This document shows positions 9,404 through 23,574 of a stretch of DNA of 42,836 nucleotides, one piece after another. Each line of letters starts with the position of its first letter. The first letter of the stretch is position 1. Both the position numbers and the translations under genes were made by a program. Under the pieces are notes generated by a model. It was given only the letters and a program-made list of their open reading frames with translations, was not told where the DNA came from and made no database searches. This DNA is from Gaiellales bacterium (GTDB taxonomy: Bacteria > Actinomycetota > Thermoleophilia > Gaiellales > JAICJC01), in contig JBQCGJ010000244.1 of assembly GCA_051955775.1 (NCBI GenBank), positions 1 through 42,836 of the forward strand. The letters are read 5' to 3'.

Positions 9404-9641
9404 GCCCGGCAGACGCCTGTGGATCGACCGGCAGGATTGACACCGGTCTGGGGACAACCACGCCCCGCCACCGCACCGGCCGGGCGCGTCGTGGACAATG
9501 GCGCCGCCCATCCCCGGACACGTACCCGGCCCGCACCGGCTCGGTGAGCCGCCTCTGCGGGGTTATCCCCACCATGCACACCCCCTACCTCTATAACTTC
9601 TCTTTTAACGAGATAGTCGAGGTTTCAGGAGTCGCCCACAC
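9404..9641. other. oriC (dnaA-dnaN intergenic): DnaA boxes, GC spacer, DnaA-trio-like AT-rich unwinding region
   Basis: Boxes at 9418-9426, 9449-9457, 9490-9498 and tandem 9563-9571/9572-9580, followed by CCCCC-TAC-CTC-TAT-AAC-TTC-TCTTTTAA. Confidence 0.85.
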
Positions 9642-10739
9642 ATGAAGATCGTCTGCCCTCAGGATGCCCTGCTCGCACAGCTTCAGATCGCCGCCCGCGG
9701 CGTGTCGCAGCGCTCGACCGTGCAGATCCTGTCGGGCATTCTGGTCACCGCGGCGGGCGACGGATCGCCGGTGGAGCTCGCAGCGACCGACATGGAGCTC
9801 TCGCTGCGGGTGCCGCTCGAGGCGCAGGTGCCCGAACCGGGCTCGGTGGTCGTTCCGGGCCGGCTGCTGGTTGACATCGTGCGCGCGCTTCCCCCGGGCG
9901 AGGTGACGCTCGAACAGGCCGCGGGCGCCGGCACCGTGCGGCTGGCCTGCGGCGCCAGCGAGTACACCCTGCACACCCAGGCGGCCGAGGACTTCCCACA
10001 CCTGCCGCAGCCGTCCGGGTCACCGTTCGCGGTCGACCGTGAGCCGTTCGTGCAAACCATCGCGCACGTGTCGCGGGCGGCGTCGCGAGACGAGTCGCGG
10101 CCGGTGCTGACAGGTGTCCTGCTGGAGTTCGGCGAGGGTGCGGTGACCATGGCCGCCACCGACAGCTACCGGCTCTCGGTGAAGCGGTCCGAACTGCCCG
10201 GCACCGCCTCGGAGGCGCAGGCGATCGTGCCCGCACGGGCCCTCCAGGAGCTGGCGCGGATCGGCGCCGGCGACTCCATCCAGATCTCCATCGGCGACAA
10301 CCAGATCCTGTTCGGGATCGACGGCGCGTGGCTGTCCGCGCGCCGCATCGACGGCCAGTTCCCGAACTGGCGCCAGTTGCTGCCGCAGACGTTCGAGCAC
10401 GAGATCCCGGTGGCCCGCGGAGAGCTGCTGGACGTCGTGCGCCGGATCGCGCTGATGGCGCAGCGCAATCTGCCGCTGCGGCTGTCGTTCGACCAGGGCG
10501 CGTTGACGGTCAGCGCCCAGACACAGGACGTGGGAGAGGCCCACGAGACGCTGCCGGTGGGGTTTCAGGGCGAGCGGCTGGAGATCGGGTTCAACGCCGA
10601 CTTCCTGCGCGACGGGATCGAGAGCGTCGACGGCGACACGCTGAAGCTGCGGCTGATCAGCCCGCTGCGGCCCGGGCTGCTGCAGGGCGAGGACGACAGC
10701 TTCTCGTACCTGATCATGCCGATCAGGCTGTCGTCCTGA
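9642..10739 (+). CDS. dnaN: DNA polymerase III beta sliding clamp
   Basis: AATDMELS, SRPVLTGV, AATDSYRL, IGFN and LIMPIR motifs. Confidence 0.97.
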   Translation: MKIVCPQDALLAQLQIAARGVSQRSTVQILSGILVTAAGDGSPVELAATDMELSLRVPLEAQVPEPGSVVVPGRLLVDIVRALPPGEVTLEQAAGAGTVRLACGASEYTLHTQAAEDFPHLPQPSGSPFAVDREPFVQTIAHVSRAASRDESRPVLTGVLLEFGEGAVTMAATDSYRLSVKRSELPGTASEAQAIVPARALQELARIGAGDSIQISIGDNQILFGIDGAWLSARRIDGQFPNWRQLLPQTFEHEIPVARGELLDVVRRIALMAQRNLPLRLSFDQGALTVSAQTQDVGEAHETLPVGFQGERLEIGFNADFLRDGIESVDGDTLKLRLISPLRPGLLQGEDDSFSYLIMPIRLSS

Positions 10740-10746
10740 CCTGCAG

Positions 10747-11826
10747 TTGCGGGTGGCGGCGGTCAGGGGCGCCAACTTCCGCTGCTACGAGCGGATCAAC
10801 GTCGCGCTTCCGGGCGGCCTGGTGGGTGTGGTCGGGCCAAACGGGGCCGGCAAGACCAGCCTGCTGGAGCTGATCCACTTCGCCTGCCTGGGCTACTCGC
10901 CGCGCACCTCCTCCGACCAGGAGCTCGTGCGCTTCGGGTGTGACGTGCTGCGGGCCGAGGCGGATGTCGAGCTGGCAGGCGGCTCGGCGCGGCCCGCTGT
11001 CGGATATCGGCCCGGCGATCCGAAGCGGGCCACCGTCGATGGGTCGCCGGTGCGGTCCATCGACCGGCTGCTGGCCCGGTTCCCGGTGCTCGTGTTCACC
11101 CCCGACCGGCTGCGTCTGGTGCAGGGGCCGCCCGCGCTTCGGCGCTCCTACTTCGACCGGGTGCTGGCCCGTATGTGGCCGGCACAGGCGGCTCTGGCCA
11201 GCGAGTACGGGCGTGTCCTGGTGCAGCGAAACCATCTGCTGAGGCGGATCCGGGCGGGGCAGTCACCGGCGTCCGGGCTCGACCCGTGGGACGAGATGGC
11301 CGCCCGCACGGGGGCTGCCCTGGGCGCCGCGCGGAGCCGACTGTGCCACGCTCTGGCGCCGGTGCTGGCCAGGCGGCTGACCTCGCTGGGCGGGGCGCCC
11401 GGACCGCAGCCGCTGCTGCACGTGGCACACACTGCGGGCGGTGAGCGGGAGCTTCGCGAGGCACTGGTCGCGCGCCGCCGGCGTGACATCGACCGCGCTG
11501 CCACCGGAGCCGGCCCGCATCTGGACGACTACCGGATGGAGGACGACGGCCGCGATCTGCGGCGGTACGGATCGCAGGGCGAACAGCGGCGCATGCTCCT
11601 GGGGCTGATCCTGGCCGAGGCCGACCTGATCGAACGGGAGCGTGACGAGCAGCCGCTGCTGCTGCTGGACGACGTCACGGGGGAGTTCGACGCCGGCCGT
11701 CGCGAGTTGCTGCTGGAGGCCGTGTCCCGGTTTCAGCAGGCCATTCTGACCACCACCGACGCGGTCGATCTGGGCGCCGCGGCGGCGGTGGTGACCGTGC
11801 GGGAGGGTACGGTGACTCCGCCGTGA
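10747..11826 (+). CDS. recF: DNA replication/repair protein RecF
   Basis: NFRCY, GPNGAGKTS, GPHLDD, GSQGEQR and LLLDDV motifs; TTG start. Confidence 0.95.
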   Translation: MRVAAVRGANFRCYERINVALPGGLVGVVGPNGAGKTSLLELIHFACLGYSPRTSSDQELVRFGCDVLRAEADVELAGGSARPAVGYRPGDPKRATVDGSPVRSIDRLLARFPVLVFTPDRLRLVQGPPALRRSYFDRVLARMWPAQAALASEYGRVLVQRNHLLRRIRAGQSPASGLDPWDEMAARTGAALGAARSRLCHALAPVLARRLTSLGGAPGPQPLLHVAHTAGGERELREALVARRRRDIDRAATGAGPHLDDYRMEDDGRDLRRYGSQGEQRRMLLGLILAEADLIERERDEQPLLLLDDVTGEFDAGRRELLLEAVSRFQQAILTTTDAVDLGAAAAVVTVREGTVTPP

Positions 11827-12266
11827 GCGACCTCGAGCCGATCGGTCAGCTGCTCCCCGCGCGGATGCTCGCCCGCCGCCGCTCGGACCCGGTGGCGGAT
11901 GCTGCCCGGGCCGTATGGGCGGAGGTGGTCGGGGAGCGGGTGTCCCGCCACAGCGCACCCATTCGCACCTCCGGCGATGCCCTGGTCGTGCACTGCTCCA
12001 GTTCGACGTGGGCATCGGAGCTGACGTTGCTGGCGGGCCATGTCGGGGAGCGTCTGACGAGTCGTCTTGGAGAGCAGATGCCGGCCCGGCTGCGGTTCGA
12101 GGTGGGCGAGCTTCCGACCCTCGCCTCTCAACCGCAGGCGCCCGCGCCGGCGGTGGATCCGACCCGCGCCGAGCACGCGCGGTCGCTCGCCTCGGGGGTC
12201 GCCGACCAGCGCCTCAGGGACGCCCTGGCCAACGCCATCGCGCGCGCAAACAGCGGAAGTTCGTGA
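11823..12266 (+). CDS. dciA: DUF721/DciA family helicase-loader
   Basis: W-x-x-VVG...LVVHCSSSTWASEL; conserved position between recF and gyrB. Confidence 0.8.
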   Translation: MSDLEPIGQLLPARMLARRRSDPVADAARAVWAEVVGERVSRHSAPIRTSGDALVVHCSSSTWASELTLLAGHVGERLTSRLGEQMPARLRFEVGELPTLASQPQAPAPAVDPTRAEHARSLASGVADQRLRDALANAIARANSGSS

Positions 12267-12308
12267 CACTTTTCTGACGCCGCGGCGGGGGGATCCGGCA
12301 GCCCGCTC

Positions 12309-14747
<2,439 letters not shown>

Positions 14748-14786
14748 TGACGACCGCCGCCGCGACGACGCCGGAGGGCTGAGCCG

Positions 14787-17336
<2,550 letters not shown>

Positions 17337-17440
17337 GCGTTCGTTAGCGGACGCCCGAACGGCGGAAGGACTCCAGGCCGTGCCCCCGAATACGGTCGTG
17401 GGCGTTGGGCGGGCGCAGCGGCCCGGAAGGGAGGACGGCC

Positions 17441-17815
17441 GTGAGGCAAGCTGACCTGCTGGAACCCATCGAGCTGGACAAGCGGCTGCAGCGCCTGGAG
17501 CTGCACCTGGGACAGGTGTGTGCCGTGGCGGGCGTGACCAAGATGCAGCTCGACTACTGGACGACGAAGGCCGCGATCCGCACCAGCGGCCGCAAGCAGC
17601 GCGTCTACGACATGCAGGCGCTGGAACTGGTCATGCTGATCAAGCAGGCCAAGGACAAGGGGCTCAACCTGCAGGCCGCGATCGCCGCGGCGCGCGAGTT
17701 CCAGGCCCGCGCAGGGGCTGCCACCGCCGCGCCGGTGGTGGACGACCTAGACCGCCCGCAGCTCCTCGGCGGCCACGTCCGGGTCGACCACGTTCAGCCA
17801 CAGGCCGGTACCTAG
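17441..17815 (+). CDS. Small MerR-superfamily HTH protein
   Basis: LGQVCAVAGVTKMQLDYW...RVYD...IKQAKDKGLNL pattern; GGAGG SD upstream of the GTG; the 3' end overlaps galT. Confidence 0.75.
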   Translation: MRQADLLEPIELDKRLQRLELHLGQVCAVAGVTKMQLDYWTTKAAIRTSGRKQRVYDMQALELVMLIKQAKDKGLNLQAAIAAAREFQARAGAATAAPVVDDLDRPQLLGGHVRVDHVQPQAGT

Positions 17816-18625
17816 CTCGAGCGAGGCCGGCACGGTCAGTCGCGGCAGCAGCTCCACGTGCCAGTGAAACTCCCCGCCGTCCGCGGCGTCGTGCAGCACT
17901 GCGTTCCACGCCAGGTCCTCGCCGAGCGCCGTCCGCAGCCGGATCACCGCGTCGCGCAGCGTGTGCGCCAGTGCCGCATGACTCGCGACCGACCCGGCGT
18001 GGTCGGTGGGAGCGATCCACATCTCGTAGGGCAGGCGGCTCCAGCCCGGGCAGAACGCCAGCAGCCCGTCGGATTCGACCACCGTGCGCCGCGCCTCGCC
18101 GTCCAGTACGCCGCACAGCCGGCAGTCTCCCGAGGTGGCGCGCTGCTCGGCCTCGAGAGTGGGCGGGAGCTCGGCGAACGGGACGAGCTGCGAGTGGGAG
18201 TGCTCCAGCGACGCGCCGGCCCCTGGCCCCTCGTTGATGCACGCCAGCACCCACGAGGCGCCTGCCCGCCGGTGCTCGGCGCGGCGCGCCGCCCAGGCGT
18301 CGAGCGTGCGCTCCAGCACCGCGGGTTCGACCTCGGCCACCGATGTCACGTGCACTCCGCCATGCACGGCCACCTCCTGGCCGGGGATGGCCGGGTACTT
18401 GTTGGGGACGACCCGCACCGACCATCCCGGGGAGTCGGCCGGCGCGCCGGGCGGGCGGTCGAGTGCCAGTGTCTCGGGCGGCGTGAGCTGCTCGTGGCCC
18501 TCACAGAACGGGCACGTGGCAGCCGCGTCGACCCGCGTCACACGGCCCAGCGCACCGGGCCGCGCGCGGCGGCCGGGGGCGATCACGACCGGCACCCCCG
18601 TCAACGGGTTGTGGCGAAGGTCTAT
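17747..18625 (-). CDS. GalT/HIT-family nucleotidyltransferase (galactose-1-phosphate uridylyltransferase-like); apparent ATA start
   Basis: [40 protein letters not shown] and [10 protein letters not shown] motifs. Confidence 0.85.
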   Translation of the reverse strand: MDLRHNPLTGVPVVIAPGRRARPGALGRVTRVDAAATCPFCEGHEQLTPPETLALDRPPGAPADSPGWSVRVVPNKYPAIPGQEVAVHGGVHVTSVAEVEPAVLERTLDAWAARRAEHRRAGASWVLACINEGPGAGASLEHSHSQLVPFAELPPTLEAEQRATSGDCRLCGVLDGEARRTVVESDGLLAFCPGWSRLPYEMWIAPTDHAGSVASHAALAHTLRDAVIRLRTALGEDLAWNAVLHDAADGGEFHWHVELLPRLTVPASLELGTGLWLNVVDPDVAAEELRAV

Positions 18626-19401
18626 CCGGCGTCCTTGGACATCAGCGACTGCAGGAGGTCGATCGGCACCGGCAGGATGGTTGTCGTGTTGTTGGTGGCC
18701 GACACCTCCAGCAGCGTCTGCAGGTAGCGCAGCTGCAGCGCAATCGGGTGCCGCGAGATCACCTCGGCCGCATCCGACAACCGGGTCGAGGCCTGGAACT
18801 CGCCCTCCGCCGAGATCACCTTGGCGCGGCGCTCTCGCTCGGCCTCCGCCTGGCGGGCCATCGCCCGCTGCATGCTGGTGGGGATCTCCACGTCGCGCAC
18901 CTCGACCACGCTGACCTTGATGCCCCAGGGCGCCGTCTGCTCGTCGATGATCTGCTGCAGGATCTGGTTGATCTGGTCGCGCTCGGACAGCAGCTCGTCC
19001 AGGGAATGCTGGCCGAGCACGCTGCGCAGCGTCGTCTGCGCGATCTGCAGGGTTGCCAGCCCGAAGTCCGCGACCTCCACGATGGCGGCGGTGGGGTCGA
19101 CCACACGAAAGTAGGCCACCGCGTTCACGCGCACCGGCACGTTGTCCTTGGTGATCACCTCCTGCGGCGGCACGACCAGCGTCACCGTTCGCAGATCGAC
19201 CCGCACCATCTTGTCCACGATCGGGATCAGCAGGAACAGCCCCGGCCCCTTGGGCTTCCCCAGCAGCCGTCCCAGCCGGAACACCACGCCGCGCTCGTAA
19301 ACCCGCAGCACCCGCACCGAGGCAGCCACGACGCCGATGATGAAGGCGATCAGGATGGCGGCCACGATCAGCTCGGCCACCGAGGACACAAGGACGATCA
19401 T
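18622..19401 (-). CDS. Stomatin/slipin SPFH-domain membrane protein
   Basis: [29 protein letters not shown] and [11 protein letters not shown] motifs. Confidence 0.95.
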   Translation of the reverse strand: MIVLVSSVAELIVAAILIAFIIGVVAASVRVLRVYERGVVFRLGRLLGKPKGPGLFLLIPIVDKMVRVDLRTVTLVVPPQEVITKDNVPVRVNAVAYFRVVDPTAAIVEVADFGLATLQIAQTTLRSVLGQHSLDELLSERDQINQILQQIIDEQTAPWGIKVSVVEVRDVEIPTSMQRAMARQAEAERERRAKVISAEGEFQASTRLSDAAEVISRHPIALQLRYLQTLLEVSATNNTTTILPVPIDLLQSLMSKDAG

Positions 19402-20744
19402 GTATTGGCTCCTTCGGGAGGGGTGCCGTCAGCACGGACGACATGAAGAAGTAGTCCTTCGACGGCCTGCACCACAACCCGTCCTCCAGCGGGGATGGGC
19501 CGATCGTCAGCGTGCGCCCGCCACAGCTCGCCGCGCAGGAACACCTGGCCCTCCGGCGCCAGCGGTGTGCGGGCGACGGCCTCGGCGCCGAGCAGCCCAC
19601 GGCTGCCGGCGGCGGCGTGTCCCGCCACCGGCTGGTGGCGGGCGGCCACGACCTTGGTGGCCACGAACGCCAGGCCGGTGCCCAGCCCGGCGCCGATCAG
19701 GATCACCACCAGCGGCGATACCTCGGCGCCCCCTCCCGGTGTGCGGAACAGCATCAGGCCGCCCACGCACAGTGCGATCACGCCCGAGATCCCGATCAGA
19801 CCGTGGCTGGTCACCCACCCCTCCAGCAACAGCAGGATCACTCCGAAAACGATCAGCGCAGCGCCCGCCCAGTTGATGGGCACGATCGTGAATCCGAACA
19901 GGGCCAGGACGAGCGCGATCAGACCGAGCGTGCCCGGCAGGATCACGCCGGGGTGGAACACCTCGTAGGCCAGGCCGGCGATCCCGGCCAGGAACAGCAG
20001 GTACAGCAGGTTGGGATCGATCAGGATGTCCAGCAGCTGCAGCGTCCACGGCATGTCCAGGGTCTCGATGCGTGCGTTGGCGGTGTGCAGCACGATCGGC
20101 TTGTGGATGTAGGTCGTGGTCGTGCCATCGATACGGTCGAGCAGCACCGGCAGGCTGCGCGCGTCGTACTCGATCAGGTTGCCCCGCAGGGCCTCCTGGT
20201 CGGTGTACTCGGTGGCCTTGCTGACGATCAGCTGGGCCAGCACCGGGTTGCGCCCGTGGTCGACGGCCAGCCCGCGGATCTGGGCTTCGGCGTCGTTCAT
20301 CACCTTGCGGCGCAGGTCGGAGCCGCTGATGTTCCCTCCCGACGCGTCGATCGGAGTGGCGGCGCCGATGTGCGTGGTGGGCGCCCTGGCCGCCACGTCC
20401 GACGCCATGGTGATGAACGACCCGGCCGACGCCGCACGGGCGCCGGCGGGCGCCACGTACACGATCACCGGTACCGGCGAGTTCAGCTCGTCCTGGATGA
20501 TGTTGTTCATCGAGGTGGAGTCCCCGCCCGGGGTGTTGAGCAGGATCACCAGGGCCGCCGCGTGCTCGCTCTTGGCGTGGTTGATGGAGTCCTGGACGAA
20601 GCTGGCCGAGACCGGATTGATCTCGGAGTCGAGGCGGATCGCGACCACCAGCGGCTGGGACGAGGAACCGGCCGCGGCCGCGGGTCCTGCGCCGGCTGCC
20701 AGCGCCACGCAGGCCACGATCACCGCGGTCACCCACCTGGTCAT
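19398..20744 (-). CDS. nfeD: Long-form NfeD (ClpP-like protease, TM region and OB fold)
   Basis: Signal peptide, LNTPGG, AASAG (Ser), KVMND (Lys), GELWRA; adjacent to a stomatin gene. Confidence 0.92.
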   Translation of the reverse strand: MTRWVTAVIVACVALAAGAGPAAAAGSSSQPLVVAIRLDSEINPVSASFVQDSINHAKSEHAAALVILLNTPGGDSTSMNNIIQDELNSPVPVIVYVAPAGARAASAGSFITMASDVAARAPTTHIGAATPIDASGGNISGSDLRRKVMNDAEAQIRGLAVDHGRNPVLAQLIVSKATEYTDQEALRGNLIEYDARSLPVLLDRIDGTTTTYIHKPIVLHTANARIETLDMPWTLQLLDILIDPNLLYLLFLAGIAGLAYEVFHPGVILPGTLGLIALVLALFGFTIVPINWAGAALIVFGVILLLLEGWVTSHGLIGISGVIALCVGGLMLFRTPGGGAEVSPLVVILIGAGLGTGLAFVATKVVAARHQPVAGHAAAGSRGLLGAEAVARTPLAPEGQVFLRGELWRAHADDRPIPAGGRVVVQAVEGLLLHVVRADGTPPEGANT

Positions 20745-20746
20745 GG

Positions 20747-21481
20747 TCAAATTGTACGACCTGTCGGGTCCACCGCTACCTCGGCCACCTCGGCCGAGGT
20801 ATACGCCACCCCGTCGACCACCAGGCGGCCCTCTCCGTCGGTGCCCTGGCTGATCCCGTGCGGGCCGTCTGCGAGCCGGATCCGGCGGCCCCGTAACTCG
20901 TCTCGCTCCAGCCCCGCGAACCCGCTGCACTCGAAGGCATCAAACCGTTGCTCGAGCGTCCACAGGAGGTCCGACAGGAGCTGCGCGCGGTTCACCGCCG
21001 ACCCCGTCTCGAGGAGCAGTGACGTGGCGGGCACGCGGGCGTCCGTGGGCAGGTCGGCTGGGGTCAGGTTGGCGTTCACCCCGATTCCGACCACCATCGT
21101 ACCGTTCCGCACCTCGGCCAGGATGCCCGCCAGCTTGCGTCCGTCCACCACCACGTCGTTCGGCCACCGCACCGCGGCCGCCGGGGCCACCGCGTCACAC
21201 ACCGCCTCGGCCGCCACCAGCGAGAACGGCGCGAGCCGATCGGGCGGCGTCGTGGGATGTAGCATCACCGAGAACAGGACGCCCAGCCCGTGGGGGCACG
21301 CCCATGCCCGGCCGCGGCGTCCCCGTCCGGCCGTCTGCTCCTCGCACGCGGCCACACCGAACGCCGGTAGGCCGTGCGCCAGCTCCTGTGTCGACTCGCA
21401 CACGTCGTGCCACTCGTATGGGCGTCCAAAGCGCCCGCGCAGCAGCGGTTCCACCTGCTCGCGGCGCAACGTGTTCTCCAT
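20747..21481 (-). CDS. birA: Biotin-protein ligase (no N-terminal HTH)
   Basis: QTAGRGRRGRAW, WPNDV, KLAGIL and VGIGVN motifs. Confidence 0.93.
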   Translation of the reverse strand: MENTLRREQVEPLLRGRFGRPYEWHDVCESTQELAHGLPAFGVAACEEQTAGRGRRGRAWACPHGLGVLFSVMLHPTTPPDRLAPFSLVAAEAVCDAVAPAAAVRWPNDVVVDGRKLAGILAEVRNGTMVVGIGVNANLTPADLPTDARVPATSLLLETGSAVNRAQLLSDLLWTLEQRFDAFECSGFAGLERDELRGRRIRLADGPHGISQGTDGEGRLVVDGVAYTSAEVAEVAVDPTGRTI

Positions 21482-21489
21482 GCGATCAC

Positions 21490-21496
21490 TAGAATA
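21490..21496. promoter_or_regulatory. Overlapping bidirectional -10 elements: TAGAAT(+) and TATTCT(-)
   Basis: Centre of the 22-bp gap between divergent birA and ECF start codons; no SD for either gene. Confidence 0.65.
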
Positions 21497-21503
21497 CGCG
21501 CCC

Positions 21504-22130
21504 ATGCTTTCGCAACCCAATCGCGGCTCGGCGCGTCTGACGGTTCGAGATCGGGGTCGCGATCAGCTTGCGTACCCCACCCTGTCGGACCTGGTGCTTG
21601 CGGTGCGCGCCAGGGACGGCGACCGACGCGCGCTGGAGACGCTGATCGAGCGGCACGCGGCGGGGGTGCGGAGGCTGGCCGGGTACCTGCTCTCGGACCC
21701 CAACGACGCGGAGGACGCGGCCCAGGAGGCGCTGGCAAAGCTGTGCACGAGGATCGGTCAGTTCAGAGGCGAGTCGCAGTTCGCGACCTGGCTGTACAGC
21801 CTGGTCGCCAACACCTGCCGCGACCTCGGAGAACGGCAGCGCCGGCGGCGGCACCAGCCGCTGGAGACGGCGCGGGAAGCGATCTGTCCAGACGAGCCGG
21901 CAGCGCTCGCATTGCAGCGCGATCAGCGCCGGGCGCTGCGCGAGAGCCTGGCCGGCCTGTCACTCGAGCAGCGGCACGTGATGGTCATGAAGGACGTGCT
22001 GTCGCTGTCGTACGAAGAGATCGCCGGCGCGCTGCGGATGCCGGTGGGAACGGTCAAGTGCCACGCCCACAGGGGACGGGCACGGATGCGGCGGGCGATC
22101 GGATCGCTGCGCCAGGCGGCGGGAGCGTGA
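21504..22130 (+). CDS. ECF-family RNA polymerase sigma factor
   Basis: Region 2 (DAEDAAQEAL, FATWLYSLVANTCRD) and region 4 (LSYEEIA..MPVGTVK); start uncertain. Confidence 0.92.
   Translation: MLSQPNRGSARLTVRDRGRDQLAYPTLSDLVLAVRARDGDRRALETLIERHAAGVRRLAGYLLSDPNDAEDAAQEALAKLCTRIGQFRGESQFATWLYSLVANTCRDLGERQRRRRHQPLETAREAICPDEPAALALQRDQRRALRESLAGLSLEQRHVMVMKDVLSLSYEEIAGALRMPVGTVKCHAHRGRARMRRAIGSLRQAAGA
21512..21537 (+). promoter_or_regulatory. ECF-type promoter GCAACC-N16-CGTC, copy 1
   Basis: AAC/CGT ECF signature; same motif and spacing recur at 26508. Confidence 0.65.
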
Positions 22131-22582
22131 TCGAGGGGCTGCGGCTGCCGCTCGACCGCCAGCGCATCCAGAGCATCATTCCCCACCGCGATCCGTTTCT
22201 GCTGGTGGACGAGGTGACCGAGCTGGAGCCGGGCGTGCGGGCCCGCGGCAGCTACCGGGTCGACCCCGGGGCGTGGTATCTGGCAGGCCACTTCCCCGGC
22301 AACCCGATCATGCCGGGCGTGCTGCAGGTCGAGGCGCTGGCGCAGCTGGGCGCCATCTGCGGGCTGTCGCATCCCGACCACGCAGGCCGGCTGGCGCTGT
22401 TCGCCGGCATCGACGACGTGCGGTTCAAGCAGATCGTGCGCCCGCTCGATGTGCTCGATCTGGAGGCGGAGATCGTGCGCCTGCGCGGGCCGGTGGGGCG
22501 CGCCGAGGTGCAGGCGAGCGTGGCCGGCAAGCCGGCCTGCCGGGGCACCATCACCTTCGCGCTGACCGAGGCGCCGGAGTGA
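22127..22582 (+). CDS. fabZ: 3-hydroxyacyl-ACP dehydratase
   Basis: IPHRDPFLLVD and GHFPGNPIMPGVLQVEALAQ; GTGA overlap with the sigma gene. Confidence 0.95.
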   Translation: MIEGLRLPLDRQRIQSIIPHRDPFLLVDEVTELEPGVRARGSYRVDPGAWYLAGHFPGNPIMPGVLQVEALAQLGAICGLSHPDHAGRLALFAGIDDVRFKQIVRPLDVLDLEAEIVRLRGPVGRAEVQASVAGKPACRGTITFALTEAPE

Positions 22583-23574
22583 TGGCCGCCTGCCGCGGCG
22601 GGGTGTCCGTGCTCGGGGTGGGCTCCCATGCGCCCAGCCGGGTGATGTCCAATGCGGAGCTGGCCACCATGATGGACACCTCCGACGAGTGGATCGCATC
22701 GCGCACGGGGATCCGCGAGCGGCGTGTGGCGGCCGATTCGGAGTCGCCGGTCGATCTTGGCTGGGAGGCCGCCCGGCGCGCGCTCGACGACGCCGGCCTC
22801 GAGCCGTCGGACGTCGACCTGATCGTGGCCGCCACGTCCAGCCCCGACTTCTACTTCCCGGCTACCGCTGCGCTGATCGGTCACCGGCTGGGCACGAATG
22901 CCGCCGGGTTCGACCTGTCGGCCGCGTGCAGCGGCTTCGTGTTTGCGCTCGCACAGGCCTACAGCCAGGTCGCCGCGGGCATCTCGGAGGTGTCGCTGGT
23001 CGTGGGGACGGAGGTCTTCTCGCGACTCCTGGATTGGTCAGACCGATCAACATGCGTGCTGTTCGGCGACGGCGCCGGCGCTGTCGTTCTCGGCCGCGAC
23101 ACCCGGTCGCGGGGACTGCTGGGGATCGAGCTGGGCTCGAACGGCGAGGGCGGCGATCTGCTGTGCGTGGCCGCCGCCGGGCATCGGCCGAACGGTCAGT
23201 CACCCTACGTGCGGATGGACGGCCCGCAGGTGTACAAGTTCGCGACCACGGTCAGCGTGGAGTCCGCGCTGCGCGTGCTGGACACGGCCGGACTGGAGGT
23301 GGCCGACGTGGACCGGTTCGTCCCGCACCAGGCCAACCAGCGGATCATCGAGCACGCCGCACGCCGGCTGGGGATCCCGTTCTCCAAGGTGGAGTCGAAC
23401 GTGGACCGCTACGGGAACACCTCGGCGGCCTCGATCCCCATCTGCCTGGACGAGGCGTATCGTGCCGGTCGCATCACGACCGGAGACATCGTGCTCATGA
23501 CCGGATTCGGTGGCGGGCTCTCGTGGGGTTCGTGCGTGATGGAATGGACAACGTCTCTGAAGGAGCGAGCATGA
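22582..23574 (+). CDS. fabH: Beta-ketoacyl-ACP synthase III
   Basis: DTSDEWI..RTGI, AACSGF, PHQAN and GNTSAAS (C-H-N triad). Confidence 0.95.
   Translation: MAACRGGVSVLGVGSHAPSRVMSNAELATMMDTSDEWIASRTGIRERRVAADSESPVDLGWEAARRALDDAGLEPSDVDLIVAATSSPDFYFPATAALIGHRLGTNAAGFDLSAACSGFVFALAQAYSQVAAGISEVSLVVGTEVFSRLLDWSDRSTCVLFGDGAGAVVLGRDTRSRGLLGIELGSNGEGGDLLCVAAAGHRPNGQSPYVRMDGPQVYKFATTVSVESALRVLDTAGLEVADVDRFVPHQANQRIIEHAARRLGIPFSKVESNVDRYGNTSAASIPICLDEAYRAGRITTGDIVLMTGFGGGLSWGSCVMEWTTSLKERA

Noticed and set aside
18626-19600. Apparent 617-aa GalT fusion
   Set aside because: The extension is an alternate frame of the stomatin and nfeD genes with low-complexity composition
19512-21503. Apparent 872-aa giant sigma factor
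   Set aside because: The N-terminal 660 aa are the antisense frame of nfeD and birA; only 21504-22130 is sigma-like
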